NCBI GenBank assembly: GCA_964016885.1
Contig: OZ024750.1
Coordinates: forward strand, 38,874,001 to 38,938,000
Length of the DNA: 64,000 nucleotides
Direction: 5' to 3'
Source of the DNA: Eledone cirrhosa
Taxonomy: Eukaryota
How positions within the stretch are numbered: position 1 is the first letter of the stretch; each line of letters begins with the position of its first letter. Made by a program: the position numbers and the translations under genes. A model generated the notes under the pieces. The model was given only the letters and a program-made list of their open reading frames with translations. It was not told the DNA's origin and searched no databases. Shown one piece after another: positions 10,601-23,099 of this stretch.

Positions 10601-11850
10601 CGGTGACAGTGGTTCTTGTTAACTATTACCTGGGTACCTCTACGGTGACAGTGCTTCTTGTTAACTGTTACCTGGGTACCTCTACAGTGACAGTGGTTCT
10701 TGTTAACTATTACCTGGGTACCTCTACAGTGACAGTGGTTCTTGTTAACTATTACCTGGGTACCTCTACAGTGACAGTGGTTCTTGTTAACTATTACCTG
10801 GGTACCTCTACAGTGACAGTGGTTCTTGTTAACTATTACCTGGGTACCTCTACAGTGACAGTGGTTCTTGTTAACTATTACCTGGGTACCTCTACGGTGA
10901 CAGTGGTTCTTGTTAACTATTACCTGGGTACCTCTACGGTGACAGTGCTTCTTGTTAACTATTACCTGGGTACCTCTACAGTGACAGTGGTTCTTGTTAA
11001 CTATTACCTGGGTACCTCTACGGTGACAGTGCTTCTTGTTAACTATTACCTGGGTACCTCTACAGTGACAGTGGTTCTTGTTAACTATTACCTGGGTACC
11101 TCTACGGTGACAGTGCTTCTTGTTAACTATTACCTGGGTACCTCTACGGTGACAGTGGTTCTTGTTAACTATTACCTGGGTACCTCTACGGTGACAGTGC
11201 TTCTTGTTAACTATTACCTGGGTACCTCTTCAGTGACAGTGGTTCTTGTTAACTATTACCTGGGTACCTCTACGGTGACAGTGCTTCTTGTTAACTATTA
11301 CCTGGGTACCTCTACGGTGACAGTGGTTCTTGTTAACTAATACCTGGGTACCTCTACGGTAACAGTGCTTCTTGTTAACTATTACCTGGGTACCTCTACA
11401 GTGACAGTGGTTCTTGTTAACTATTACCTGGGTACCTCTACAGTGACAGTGGTTCTTGTTAACTATTACCTGGGTACCTCTACGGTGACAGTGGTTCTTG
11501 TTAACTATTACCTGGGTACCTCTACGGTGACAGTGCTTCTTGTTAACTATTAACTGGGTACCTCTACGGTGACAGTGGTTCTTGTTAACTATTACCTGGG
11601 TACCTCTACGGTGACAGTGGTTCTTGTTAACTATTACCTGGGTACCTCTACGGTGACAGTGCTTCTTGTTAACTATTACCTGGGTACCTCTACAGTGACA
11701 GTGGTTCTTGTTAACTATTACCTGGGTACCTCTACGGTGACAGTGGTTCTTGTTAACTATTACCTGGGTACCTCTACGGTGACAGTGGTTCTTGTTAACT
11801 ATTACCTGGGTACCTCTACGGTGACAGTGGTTCTTGTTAACTATTACCTG
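4650..11850. repeat. Triplicated multi-monomer block within the array (offsets 3020 and 1928 bp)
   Basis: The same variant string starts at 4899, 7919 and 9847. Translations of 4899-6392 and 9847-11340 are identical, as are 6621-7772 and 8549-9700. Boundaries approximate. Confidence 0.9.
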
Positions 11851-11879
11851 GGTACCTCTACGGTGACAGTGGTTCTTGT

Positions 11880-14800
11880 TAACTATTACCTGGGTACCTC
11901 TACGGTGACAGTGCTTCTTGTTAACTATTACCTGGGTACCTCTACGGTGACAGTGCTTCTTGTTAACTATTACCTGGGTACCTCTACGGTGACAGTGGTT
12001 CTTGTTAACTATTACCTGGGTACCTCTACGATGACAGTGCTTGTTAACTATTACCTGGGTACCTCTACGGTGACTGCTTCTTGTTAACTATTACCTGGGT
12101 ACCTCTACGATAACTGCTCCTTGTTAACTATTACCTGGGTACCTCTACGGTGACAGTGCTTCTTGTTAACTATTACCTGGGTACCTCTACGGTGAGAGTG
12201 CTTCTTGTTAACTATTACCTGGGTACCTCTACGATAACTGCTTCTTGTTAACTATTACCTGGGTACCTCTACGGTGACAGTGGTTCTTGTTAAGTATTAC
12301 CTGGGTACTTCTACGATGACAGTGGTTCTTGTTAACTATTACCTGGGTACCTCTACGGTGACAGTGCTTCTTGTTAACTATTACCTGGGTACCTCTACGG
12401 TGACAGTGCTTCTTGTTAACTATTACCTGGGTACCTCTACGGTGACAGTGCTTCTTGTTAACTATTACCTGGGTACCTCTACTATGACTGCTTCTTGTTA
12501 ACTATTACCTGGGTACCTCTACGATGACTGCTTCTTGTTAACTATTACCTGGGTACCTCTACGGTGACAGTAGTTCTTGTTAACTATTACCTAGGTACCT
12601 CTACGATGACTGCTTCTTGTTAACTATTACCTGGGTACCTCTACGATGACTGCTTCTTGTTAACTATTACCTGGGTACCTCTACGATGACAGTGGTTCTT
12701 GTTAACTATTACCTGGGTACCTCTACGGTGACTGCTTCTTGTTAACTATTACCTGGGTACCTCTACGGTGACAGTGGTTCTTGTTAACTATTACCTGGGT
12801 ACCTCTACGATGACTGCTTCGTGTTAACTATTACCTGGGTACCTCTACGATGACTGCTTCTTGTTAACTATTACCTGGGTACCTCTACGATGACAGTGGT
12901 TCTTGTTAACTATTACCTGGGTACCTCTACGGTGACTGCTTCTTGTTAACTATTACCTGGGTACCTCTACGGTGACAGTGGTTCTTGTTAACTATTACTT
13001 GGGTACCTCTACGATGACTGCTTCTTGTTAACTATTACCTGGGTACCTCTACGATGACTGCTTCTTGTTAACTATTACCTGGGTACCTCTACGGTGACAG
13101 TGCTTCTTGTTAACTATTACCTGGGTACCTCTACGGTGACAGTGGTTCTTGTTAACTATTACCTGGGTACCTCTACGGTGACAGTGCTTCTTGTTAACTA
13201 TCACCTGGGTACCTCTACGGTGACAGTGCTTCTTGTTAACTATTACCTGGGTACCTCTACGGTGACTGGTTCTTGTTAACTATTACCTGGGTACCTCTAC
13301 GGTGACAGTGCTTCATGTTAACTATTACCTGGGTACCTCTACGGTGACAGTTCTTCTTGTTAACTATTACCTGGGTACCTCTACGGTGACTGCTTCTTGT
13401 TAACTATTACCTGGGTACCTCTACGGTGACTGGTTCTTGTTAACTATTACCTGGGTACCTCTACGGTGACAGTGCTTCATGTTAACTATTACCTAGGTAC
13501 CTCTACGGTGACAGTGCTTCTTGTTAACTATTACCTGGGTACCTCTACAGTGACTGGTTCTTGTTAACTATGACCTGGGTACCTCTACGGTGACAGTGCT
13601 TCTTGTTAACTATTACCTGGGTACCTCTACGGTGACAGTGCTTCATGTTAACTATTACCTAGGTACCTCTACGGTGACAGTGCTTCTTGTTAACTATTAC
13701 CTGGGTACCTCTACGGTGACAGTGCTTCTTGTTAACTATTATCTGGGTACCTCTACGGTGACAGTGCTTCTTGTTAACTATTACCTGGGTACCTCTACGG
13801 TGACAGTGGTTCTTGTTAACTATTACCTGGATACCTCTACGGTGACAGTGGTTCTTGTTAACTATTACCTGGGTACCTCTACGGTGACAGTGGTTCTTGT
13901 TAACTATTACCTGGGTACCTCTACGGTGACAGTGCTTCTTGTTAACTATTACCTGGGTACTTCTACGGTGACAGTGGTTCTTGTTAACTATTACCTGGGT
14001 ACTTCTACGGTGACAGTGGTTCTTGTTAACTATTACCTGGGTGCCTCTACGGTGACAGTGCTTGTTAACTATTACCTGGGTACCTCTACGGTGACAGTGC
14101 TTCTTGTTAACTATTACCTGGGTACTTCTACGGTGACAGTGGTTCTTGTTAACTATTACCTGGGTACCTCTACGGTGACAGTGGTTCTTGTTAAATATTA
14201 CCTGGGTACCTCTACGGTGACAGTGCTTGTTAACTATTACCTGGGTACCTCTACGGTGACAGTGCTTCTTGTTAACTATTACCTGGGTACCTCTACGGTG
14301 ACAGTGCTTCTTGTTAACTATTCACTGGGTACCTCTACGGTGACAGTGGTTCTTGTTAACTATTACCTGGGTACCTCTACGGTGACAGTGCTTCTTGTTA
14401 ACTATTACCTGGGTACCTCTACGGTGACAGTGGTTCTTGTTAACTATTACCTGGGTACCTCTACGGTGACAGTGCTTCTTGTTAACTATTACCTGTGTAC
14501 CTCTACGGTGACAGTGGTTCTTGTTAACTATTACCTGGGTACCTCTACGGTGACAGTGGTTCTTGTTAACTATTACCTGGGTACCTCTACGGTGACGGTG
14601 GTTCTTGTTAACTATTACCTGGGTACCTCTACGGTGACAGTGGTTCTTGTTAACTATTACCTGGGTACCTCTACGGTGACAGTGGTTCTTGTTAACTATT
14701 ACCTGGGTACCTCTACGGTGACAGTGCTTCTTGTTAACTATTACCTGGGTACCTCTACGGTGACAGTGCTTCTTGTTAACTATTACCTGGGTACCTCTAC

Positions 14801-17800
14801 GGTGACAGTGCTTCTTGTTAACTATTACCTGGGTACCTCTACGATGACTGCTTCTTGTTAACTATTACCTGGGTACCTCTACGGTGACAGTGGTTCTTGT
14901 TAACTATTACCTGGGTACCTCTACGGTGACAGTGCTTCTTGTTAACTATTACCTGGGTACTTCTACGGTGACAGTGCTTCTTGTTAACTATTACCTGGGT
15001 ACCTCTACGGTGACAGTGCTTCTTGTTAACTATTCCCTGGGTACCTCTACGGTGACAGTGCTTCTTGTTAACTATTATCTGGGTACCTCTACGGTGACAG
15101 TGCTTCTTGTTAACTATTACCTGGGTACCTCTACGGTGACAGTGGTTCTTGTTAACTATTACCTGGATACCTCTACGGTGACAGTGGTTCTTGTTAACTA
15201 TTACCTGGGTACCTCTACGGTGACAGTGGTTCTTGTTAACTATTACCTGGGTACCTCTACGGTGACAGTGCTTCTTGTTAACTATTACCTGGGTACTTCT
15301 ACGGTGACAGTGCTTCTTGTTAACTATTACCTGGGTACTTCTACGGTGACAGTGGTTCTTGTTAACTATTACCTGGGTGCCTCCACGGTGACAGTGCTTG
15401 TTAACTATTACCTGGGTACCTCTACGGTGACAGTGCTTCTTGTTAACTATTACCTGGGTACTTCTACGGTGACAGTGGTTCTTGTTAACTATTACCTGGG
15501 TACCTCTACGGTGACAGTGGTTCTTGTTAAATATTACCTGGGTACATCTACGGTGACAGTGCTTGTTAACTATTACCTGGGTACCTCTACGATGACAGTG
15601 GTTCTTGTTAACTATTACCTGGGTACCTCTGCGGTGAAATTGGTTCTTGTTAACTATTACCTGGGTACCTCTACGGTGACAGTGCTTCTTGTTAACTATT
15701 ACCTGGGTACCTCTACGGTGACAGTGGTTCTTGTTAACTATTACCTGGGTACCTCTACGGTGACAGTGGTTCTTGTTAACTATTACCTGGGTACCTCTAC
15801 GGTGACAGTGCTTCTTGTTAACTATTACCTGGGTACCTCTACGGTGACAGTGGTTCTTGTTAACTATTACCTGGGTACCTCTACGGTGACAGTGCTTCTT
15901 GTTAACTATTACCTGGGTACCTATACGGTGACAGTGGTTCTTGTTAACTATTACCTGGGTATCTCTACGGTGACAGTGGTTCTTATTAACTATTACCTGG
16001 GTACCTCTACGGTGACAGTGCTTCTTGTTAACTATTACCTGGGTACCTCTACGGTGACAGTGGTTCTTGTTAACTATTACCTGGGTACCTCTACGGTGAC
16101 AGTGGTTCTTGTTAACTATTACCTGGGTACCTCTACGATGACAGTGGTTCTTGTTAACTATTACCTGGGTACCTCTGCGGTGAAAGTGGTTCTTGTTAAC
16201 TATTACCTGGGTACCTCTACGATGACAGTGGTTCTTGTTAACTATTACCTGGGTACCTCTACGGTGAAAGTGGTTCTTGTTAACTATTACCTGGGTACCT
16301 CTACGGTGACAGTGCTTCTTGTTAACTATTACCTGGATACCTCTACGGTGACAGTGCTTCTTGTTAACTATTACCTGGGTACCTCTACGGTGACAGTGGT
16401 TCTTGTTAACTATTACCTGGGTACCTCTACGGTGACAGTGGTTCTTGTTAACTATTACCTGGGTACCTCTAAGGTGACGGTGCTTCTTGTTAACTATTAC
16501 CTGGGTACCTCTACGGTGACAGTGGTTCTTGTTAACTATTACCTGGGTACCTCTACGGTGACAGTGCTTCTTGTTAACTATTACCTGGGTACCTCTACGG
16601 TGACAGTGGTTCTTGTTAACTATTACCTGGGTACCTCTACGGTGACAGTGGTTCTCATTAACTATTACCTGGGTACCTCTACGGTGACAGTGGTTCTTGT
16701 TAACTATTACCTGGGTACCTCTACGATGACAGTGCTTCTTGTTAACTATTACCTGGGTACCTCTGCGGTGAAAGTGGTTCTTGTTAACTATTACCTGGGT
16801 ACCTCTACGGTGACAGTGCTTCTTGTTAACTATTACCTGGGTACCACTACGGTGACAGTGGTTCTTGTTAACTATTACCTGGGTACCTCTACGGTGACAG
16901 TGGTTCTTGTTAACTATTACCTGGGTACCTCTACGGTGACAGTGCTTCTTGTTAACTATTACCTGGGTACCTCTACGGTGACAGTGGTTCTTGTTAACTA
17001 TTACCTGGGTACCTCTGCGGTGAAAGTGGTTCTTGTTAACTATTACCTGGGTACCTCTACGGTGACAGTGTTTCTTGTTAACTATTACCTGGGTACCTCT
17101 ACGGTGACAGTGCTTCTTGTTAACTATTACCTGGGTACCTATACGGTGACAGTGGTTCTTGTTAACTATTACCTGGGTACCTCTACGGTGACAGTGCTTC
17201 TTGTTAACTATTACCTGGGTACCTCTACGGTGACAGTGGTTCTTGTTAACTATTACCTGGGTACCTCTACGATGACAGTGCTTGTTAACTATTACCTGGG
17301 TACCTCTACGGTGACTGCTTCTTGTTAACTATTACCTGGGTACCTCTACGATAACTGCTCCTTGTTAACTATTACCTGGGTACCTCTACGGTGACAGTGC
17401 TTCTTGTTAACTATTACCTGGGTACCTCTACGGTGAGAGTGCTTCTTGTTAACTATTACCTGGGTACCTCTACGATAACTGCTTCTTGTTAACTATTACC
17501 TGGGTACCTCTACGGTGACAGTGGTTCTTGTTAAGTATTACCTGGGTACTTCTACGATGACAGTGGTTCTTGTTAACTATTACCTGGGTACCTCTACGGT
17601 GACAGTGCTTCTTGTTAACTATTACCTGGGTACCTCTACGGTGACAGTGCTTCTTGTTAACTATTACCTGGGTACCTCTACGGTGACAGTGGTTCTTGTT
17701 AACTATTACCTGGGTACCTCTACGATGACAGTGCTTGTTAACTATTACCTGGGTACCTCTACGGTGACTGCTTCTTGTTAACTATTACCTGGGTACCTCT

Positions 17801-20800
17801 ACGATAACTGCTCCTTGTTAACTATTACCTGGGTACCTCTACGGTGACAGTGCTTCTTGTTAACTATTACCTGGGTACCTCTACGGTGAGAGTGCTTCTT
17901 GTTAACTATTACCTGGGTACCTCTACGATAACTGCTTCTTGTTAACTATTACCTGGGTACCTCTACGGTGACAGTGGTTCTTGTTAAGTATTACCTGGGT
18001 ACTTCTACGATGACAGTGGTTCTTGTTAACTATTACCTGGGTACCTCTACGGTGACAGTGCTTCTTGTTAACTATTACCTGGGTACCTCTACGGTGACAG
18101 TGCTTCTTGTTAACTATTACCTGGGTACCTCTACGGTGACAGTGCTTCTTGTTAACTATTACCTGGGTACCTCTACTATGACTGCTTCTTGTTAACTATT
18201 ACCTGGGTACCTCTACGATGACTGCTTCTTGTTAACTATTACCTGGGTACCTCTACGGTGACAGTAGTTCTTGTTAACTATTACCTAGGTACCTCTACGA
18301 TGACTGCTTCTTGTTAACTATTACCTGGGTACCTCTACGATGACTGCTTCTTGTTAACTATTACCTGGGTACCTCTACGATGACAGTGGTTCTTGTTAAC
18401 TATTACCTGGGTACCTCTACGTTGACTGCTTCTTGTTAACTATTACCTGGGTACCTCTACGGTGACAGTGGTTCTTGTTAACTATTACCTGGGTACCTCT
18501 ACGATGACTGCTTCGTGTTAACTATTACCTGGGTACCTCTACGATGACTGCTTCTTGTTAACTATTACCTGGGTACCTCTACGATGACAGTGGTTCTTGT
18601 TAACTATTACCTGGGTACCTCTACGGTGACTGCTTCTTGTTAACTATTACCTGGGTACCTCTACGGTGACAGTGGTTCTTGTTAACTATTACTTGGGTAC
18701 CTCTACGATGACTGCTTCTTGTTAACTATTACCTGGGTACCTCTACGATGACTGCTTCTTGTTAACTATTACCTGGGTACCTCTACGGTGACAGTGCTTC
18801 TTGTTAACTATTACCTGGGTACCTCTACGGTGCCAGTGGTTCTTGTTAACTATTACCTGGGTACCTCTACGGTGACAGTGCTTCTTGTTAACTATTACCT
18901 GGGTACCTCTACGGTGACAGTGCTTCTTGTTAACTATTACCTGGGTACCTCTACGGTGACTGGTTCTTGTTAACTATTACCTGGGTACCTCTACGGTGAC
19001 AGTGCTTCATGTTAACTATTACCTGGGTACCTCTACGGTGACAGTTCTTCTTGTTAACTATTACCTGGGTACCTCTACGGTGACTGCTTCTTGTTAACTA
19101 TTACCTGGGTACCTCTACGGTGACTGGTTCTTGTTAACTATTACCTGGGTACCTCTACGGTGACAGTGCTTCATGTTAACTATTACCTAGGTACCTCTAC
19201 GGTGACAGTGCTTCTTGTTAACTATTACCTGGGTACCTCTACAGTGACTGGTTCTTGTTAACTATGACCTGGGTACCTCTACGGTGACAGTGCTTCTTGT
19301 TAACTATTACCTGGGTACCTCTACGGTGACAGTGCTTCATGTTAACTATTACCTAGGTACCTCTACGGTGACAGTGCTTCTTGTTAACTATTACCTGGGT
19401 ACCTCTACGGTGACAGTGCTTCTTGTTAACTATTATCTGGGTACCTCTACGGTGACAGTGCTTCTTGTTAACTATTACCTGGGTACCTCTACGGTGACAG
19501 TGGTTCTTGTTAACTATTACCTGGATACCTCTACGGTGACAGTGGTTCTTGTTAACTATTACCTGGGTACCTCTACGGTGACAGTGGTTCTTGTTAACTA
19601 TTACCTGGGTACCTCTACGGTGACAGTGCTTCTTGTTAACTATTACCTGGGTACTTCTACGGTGACAGTGCTTCTTGTTAACTATTACCTGGGTACTTCT
19701 ACGGTGACAGTGGTTCTTGTTAACTATTACCTGGGTGCCTCTACGGTGACAGTGCTTGTTAACTATTACCTGGGTACCTCTACGGTGACAGTGCTTCTTG
19801 TTAACTATTACCTGGGTACTTCTACGGTGACAGTGGTTCTTGTTAACTATTACCTGGGTACCTCTACGGTGACAGTGGTTCTTGTTAAATATTACCTGGG
19901 TACCTCTACGGTGACAGTGCTTGTTAACTATTACCTGGGTACCTCTACGGTGACAGTGCTTCTTGTTAACTATTACCTGGGTACCTCTACGGTGACAGTG
20001 CTTCTTGTTAACTATTACCTGGGTACCTCTACGGTGACAGTGGTTCTTGTTAACTATTACCTGGGTACCTCTACGGTGACAGTGCTTCTTGTTAACTATT
20101 ACCTGGGTACCTCTACGGTGACAGTGGTTGTTGTTAACTATTACCTGGGTACCTCTACGGTGACAGTGCTTCTTGTTAACTATTACCTGGGTACCTCTAC
20201 GGTGACAGTGGTTCTTGTTAACTATTACCTGGGTACCTCTACGGTGACAGTGGTTCTTGTTAACTATTACCTGGGTACCTCTACGGTGACGGTGGTTCTT
20301 GTTAACTATTACCTGGGTACCTCTACGGTGACAGTGGTTCTTGTTAACTATTACCTGGGTACCTCTACGGTGACAGTGCTTCTTGTTAACTATTACCTGG
20401 GTACCTCTACGGTGACAGTGCTTCTTGTTAACTATTACCTGGGTACCTCTACGATGACTGCTTCTTGTTAACTATTACCTGGGTACCTCTACGGTGACAG
20501 TGGTTCTTGTTAACTATTACCTGGGTACCTCTACGGTGACAGTGCTTCTTGTTAACTATTACCTGGGTACTTCTACGGTGACAGTGCTTCTTGTTAACTA
20601 TTACCTGGGTACCTCTACGGTGACAGTGCTTCTTGTTAACTATTCCCTGGGTACCTCTACGGTGACAGTGCTTCTTGTTAACTATTATCTGGGTACCTCT
20701 ACGGTGACAGTGCTTCTTGTTAACTATTACCTGGGTACCTCTACGGTGACAGTGGTTCTTGTTAACTATTACCTGGATACCTCTACGGTGACAGTGGTTC

Positions 20801-22730
20801 TTGTTAACTATTACCTGGGTACCTCTACGGTGACAGTGGTTCTTGTTAACTATTACCTGGGTACCTCTACGGTGACAGTGCTTCTTGTTAACTATTACCT
20901 GGGTACTTCTACGGTGACAGTGCTTCTTGTTAACTATTACCTGGGTACTTCTACGGTGACAGTGGTTCTTGTTAACTATTACCTGGGTGCCTCTACGGTG
21001 ACAGTGCTTGTTAACTATTACCTGGGTACCTCTACGGTGACAGTGCTTCTTGTTAACTATTACCTGGGTACTTCTACGGTGACAGTGGTTCTTGTTAACT
21101 ATTACCTGGGTACCTCTACGGTGACAGTGGTTCTTGTTAAATATTACCTGGGTACCTCTACGGTGACAGTGCTTGTTAACTATTACCTGGGTACCTCTAC
21201 GATGACAGTGGTTCTTGTTAACTATTACCTGGGTACCTCTGCGGTGAAATTGGTTCTTGTTAACTATTACCTGGGTACCTCTACGGTGACAGTGCTTCTT
21301 GTTAACTATTACCTGGGTACCTCTACGGTGACAGTGGTTCTTGTTAACTATTACCTGGGTACCTCTACGGTGACAGTGGTTCTTGTTAACTATTACCTGG
21401 GTACCTCTACGGTGACAGTGCTTCTTGTTAACTATTAACTGGGTACCTCTACGGTGACAGTGGTTCTTGTTAACTATTACCTGGGTACCTCTACGGTGAC
21501 AGTGCTTCTTGTTAACTATTACCTGGGTACCTATACGGTGACAGTGGTTCTTGTTAACTATTACCTGGGTACCTCTACGGTGACAGTGGTTCTTATTAAC
21601 TATTACCTGGGTACCTCTACGGTGACAGTGCTTCTTGTTAACTATTACCTGGGTACCTCTACGGTGACAGTGGTTCTTGTTAACTATTACCTGGGTACCT
21701 CTACGGTGACAGTGGTTCTTGTTAACTATTACCTGGGTACCTCTACGATGACAGTGGTTCTTGTTAACTATTACCTGGGTACCTCTGCGGTGAAAGTGGT
21801 TCTTGTTAACTATTACCTGGGTACCTCTACGATGACAGTGGTTCTTGTTAACTATTACCTGGGTACCTCTACGGTGAAAGTGGTTCTTGTTAACTATTAC
21901 CTGGGTACCTCTACGGTGACAGTGCTTCTTGTTAACTATTACCTGGATACCTCTACGGTGACAGTGCTTCTTGTTAACTATTACCTGGGTACCTCTACGG
22001 TGACAGTGGTTCTTGTTAACTATTACCTGGGTACCTCTACGGTGACAATGGTTCTTGTTAACTATTACCTGGGTACCTCTACGGTGACAGTGGTTCTTGT
22101 TAACTATTACCTGGGTACCTCTACGGTGACAGTGCTTCTTGTTAACTATTACCTGGGTACCTCTACGGTGACAGTGGTTCTTGTTAACTATTACCTGGGT
22201 ACCTCTACGGTGACAGTGGTTCTCATTAACTATTACCTGGGTACCTCTACGGTGACAGTGGTTCTTGTTAACTATTACCTGGGTACCTCTACGATGACAG
22301 TGCTTCTTGTTAACTATTACCTGGGTACCTCTGCGGTGAAAGTGGTTCTTGTTAACTATTACCTGGGTACCTCTACGGTGACAGTGCTTCTTGTTAACTA
22401 TTACCTGGGTACCTCTACGGTGACAGTGGTTCTTGTTAACTATTACCTGGGTACCTCTACGGTGACAGTGGTTCTTGTTAACTATTACGTGGGTACATCT
22501 ACGGTGACAGTGCTTCTTGTTAACTATTACCTGGGTACCTCTACGGTGACAGTGGTTCTTGTTAACTATTACCTGGGTACCTCTGCGGTGAAAGTGGTTC
22601 TTGTTAACTATTACCTGGGTACCTCTACGGTGACAGTGTTTCTTGTTAACTATTACCTGGGTACCTCTACGGTGACAGTGCTTCTTGTTAACTATTACCT
22701 GGGTACCTATACGGTGACAGTGGTTCTTGT
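11880..22730. repeat. Tandem duplication of a ~5.3-5.7-kb block within the array
   Basis: Matched variant strings at 12274/17968, 13094/18788, 13590/19284 (offset 5694), 14884/20494 (5610), 17071/22639 (5568). A 453-bp duplication sits at the junction. Boundaries approximate. Confidence 0.9.
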
Positions 22731-23099
22731 TAACTATTACCTGGGTACCTCTACGGTGACAGTGGTTCTTATTAACTATTGCCTGGGTACCTCTACGGTG
22801 ACAGTGCTTCTTGTTAACTATTACCTGGGTACCTCTACGGTGACAGTGGTTCTTGTTAACTATTACCTGGGTACCTCTACGGTGACAGTGGTTCTTGTTA
22901 ACTATTACCTGGGTACCTCTACGATGACAGTGGTTCTTGTTAACTATTACCTGGGTACCTCTGCGGTGAAAGTGGTTGTTGTTAACTATTACCTGGGTAC
23001 CTCTACGGTGACAGTGCTTCTTGTTAACTATTACCTGGGTACCTCTACGGTGACAGTGGTTCTTGTTAACTATTACCTGGGTACCTCTACGGTGACAGT

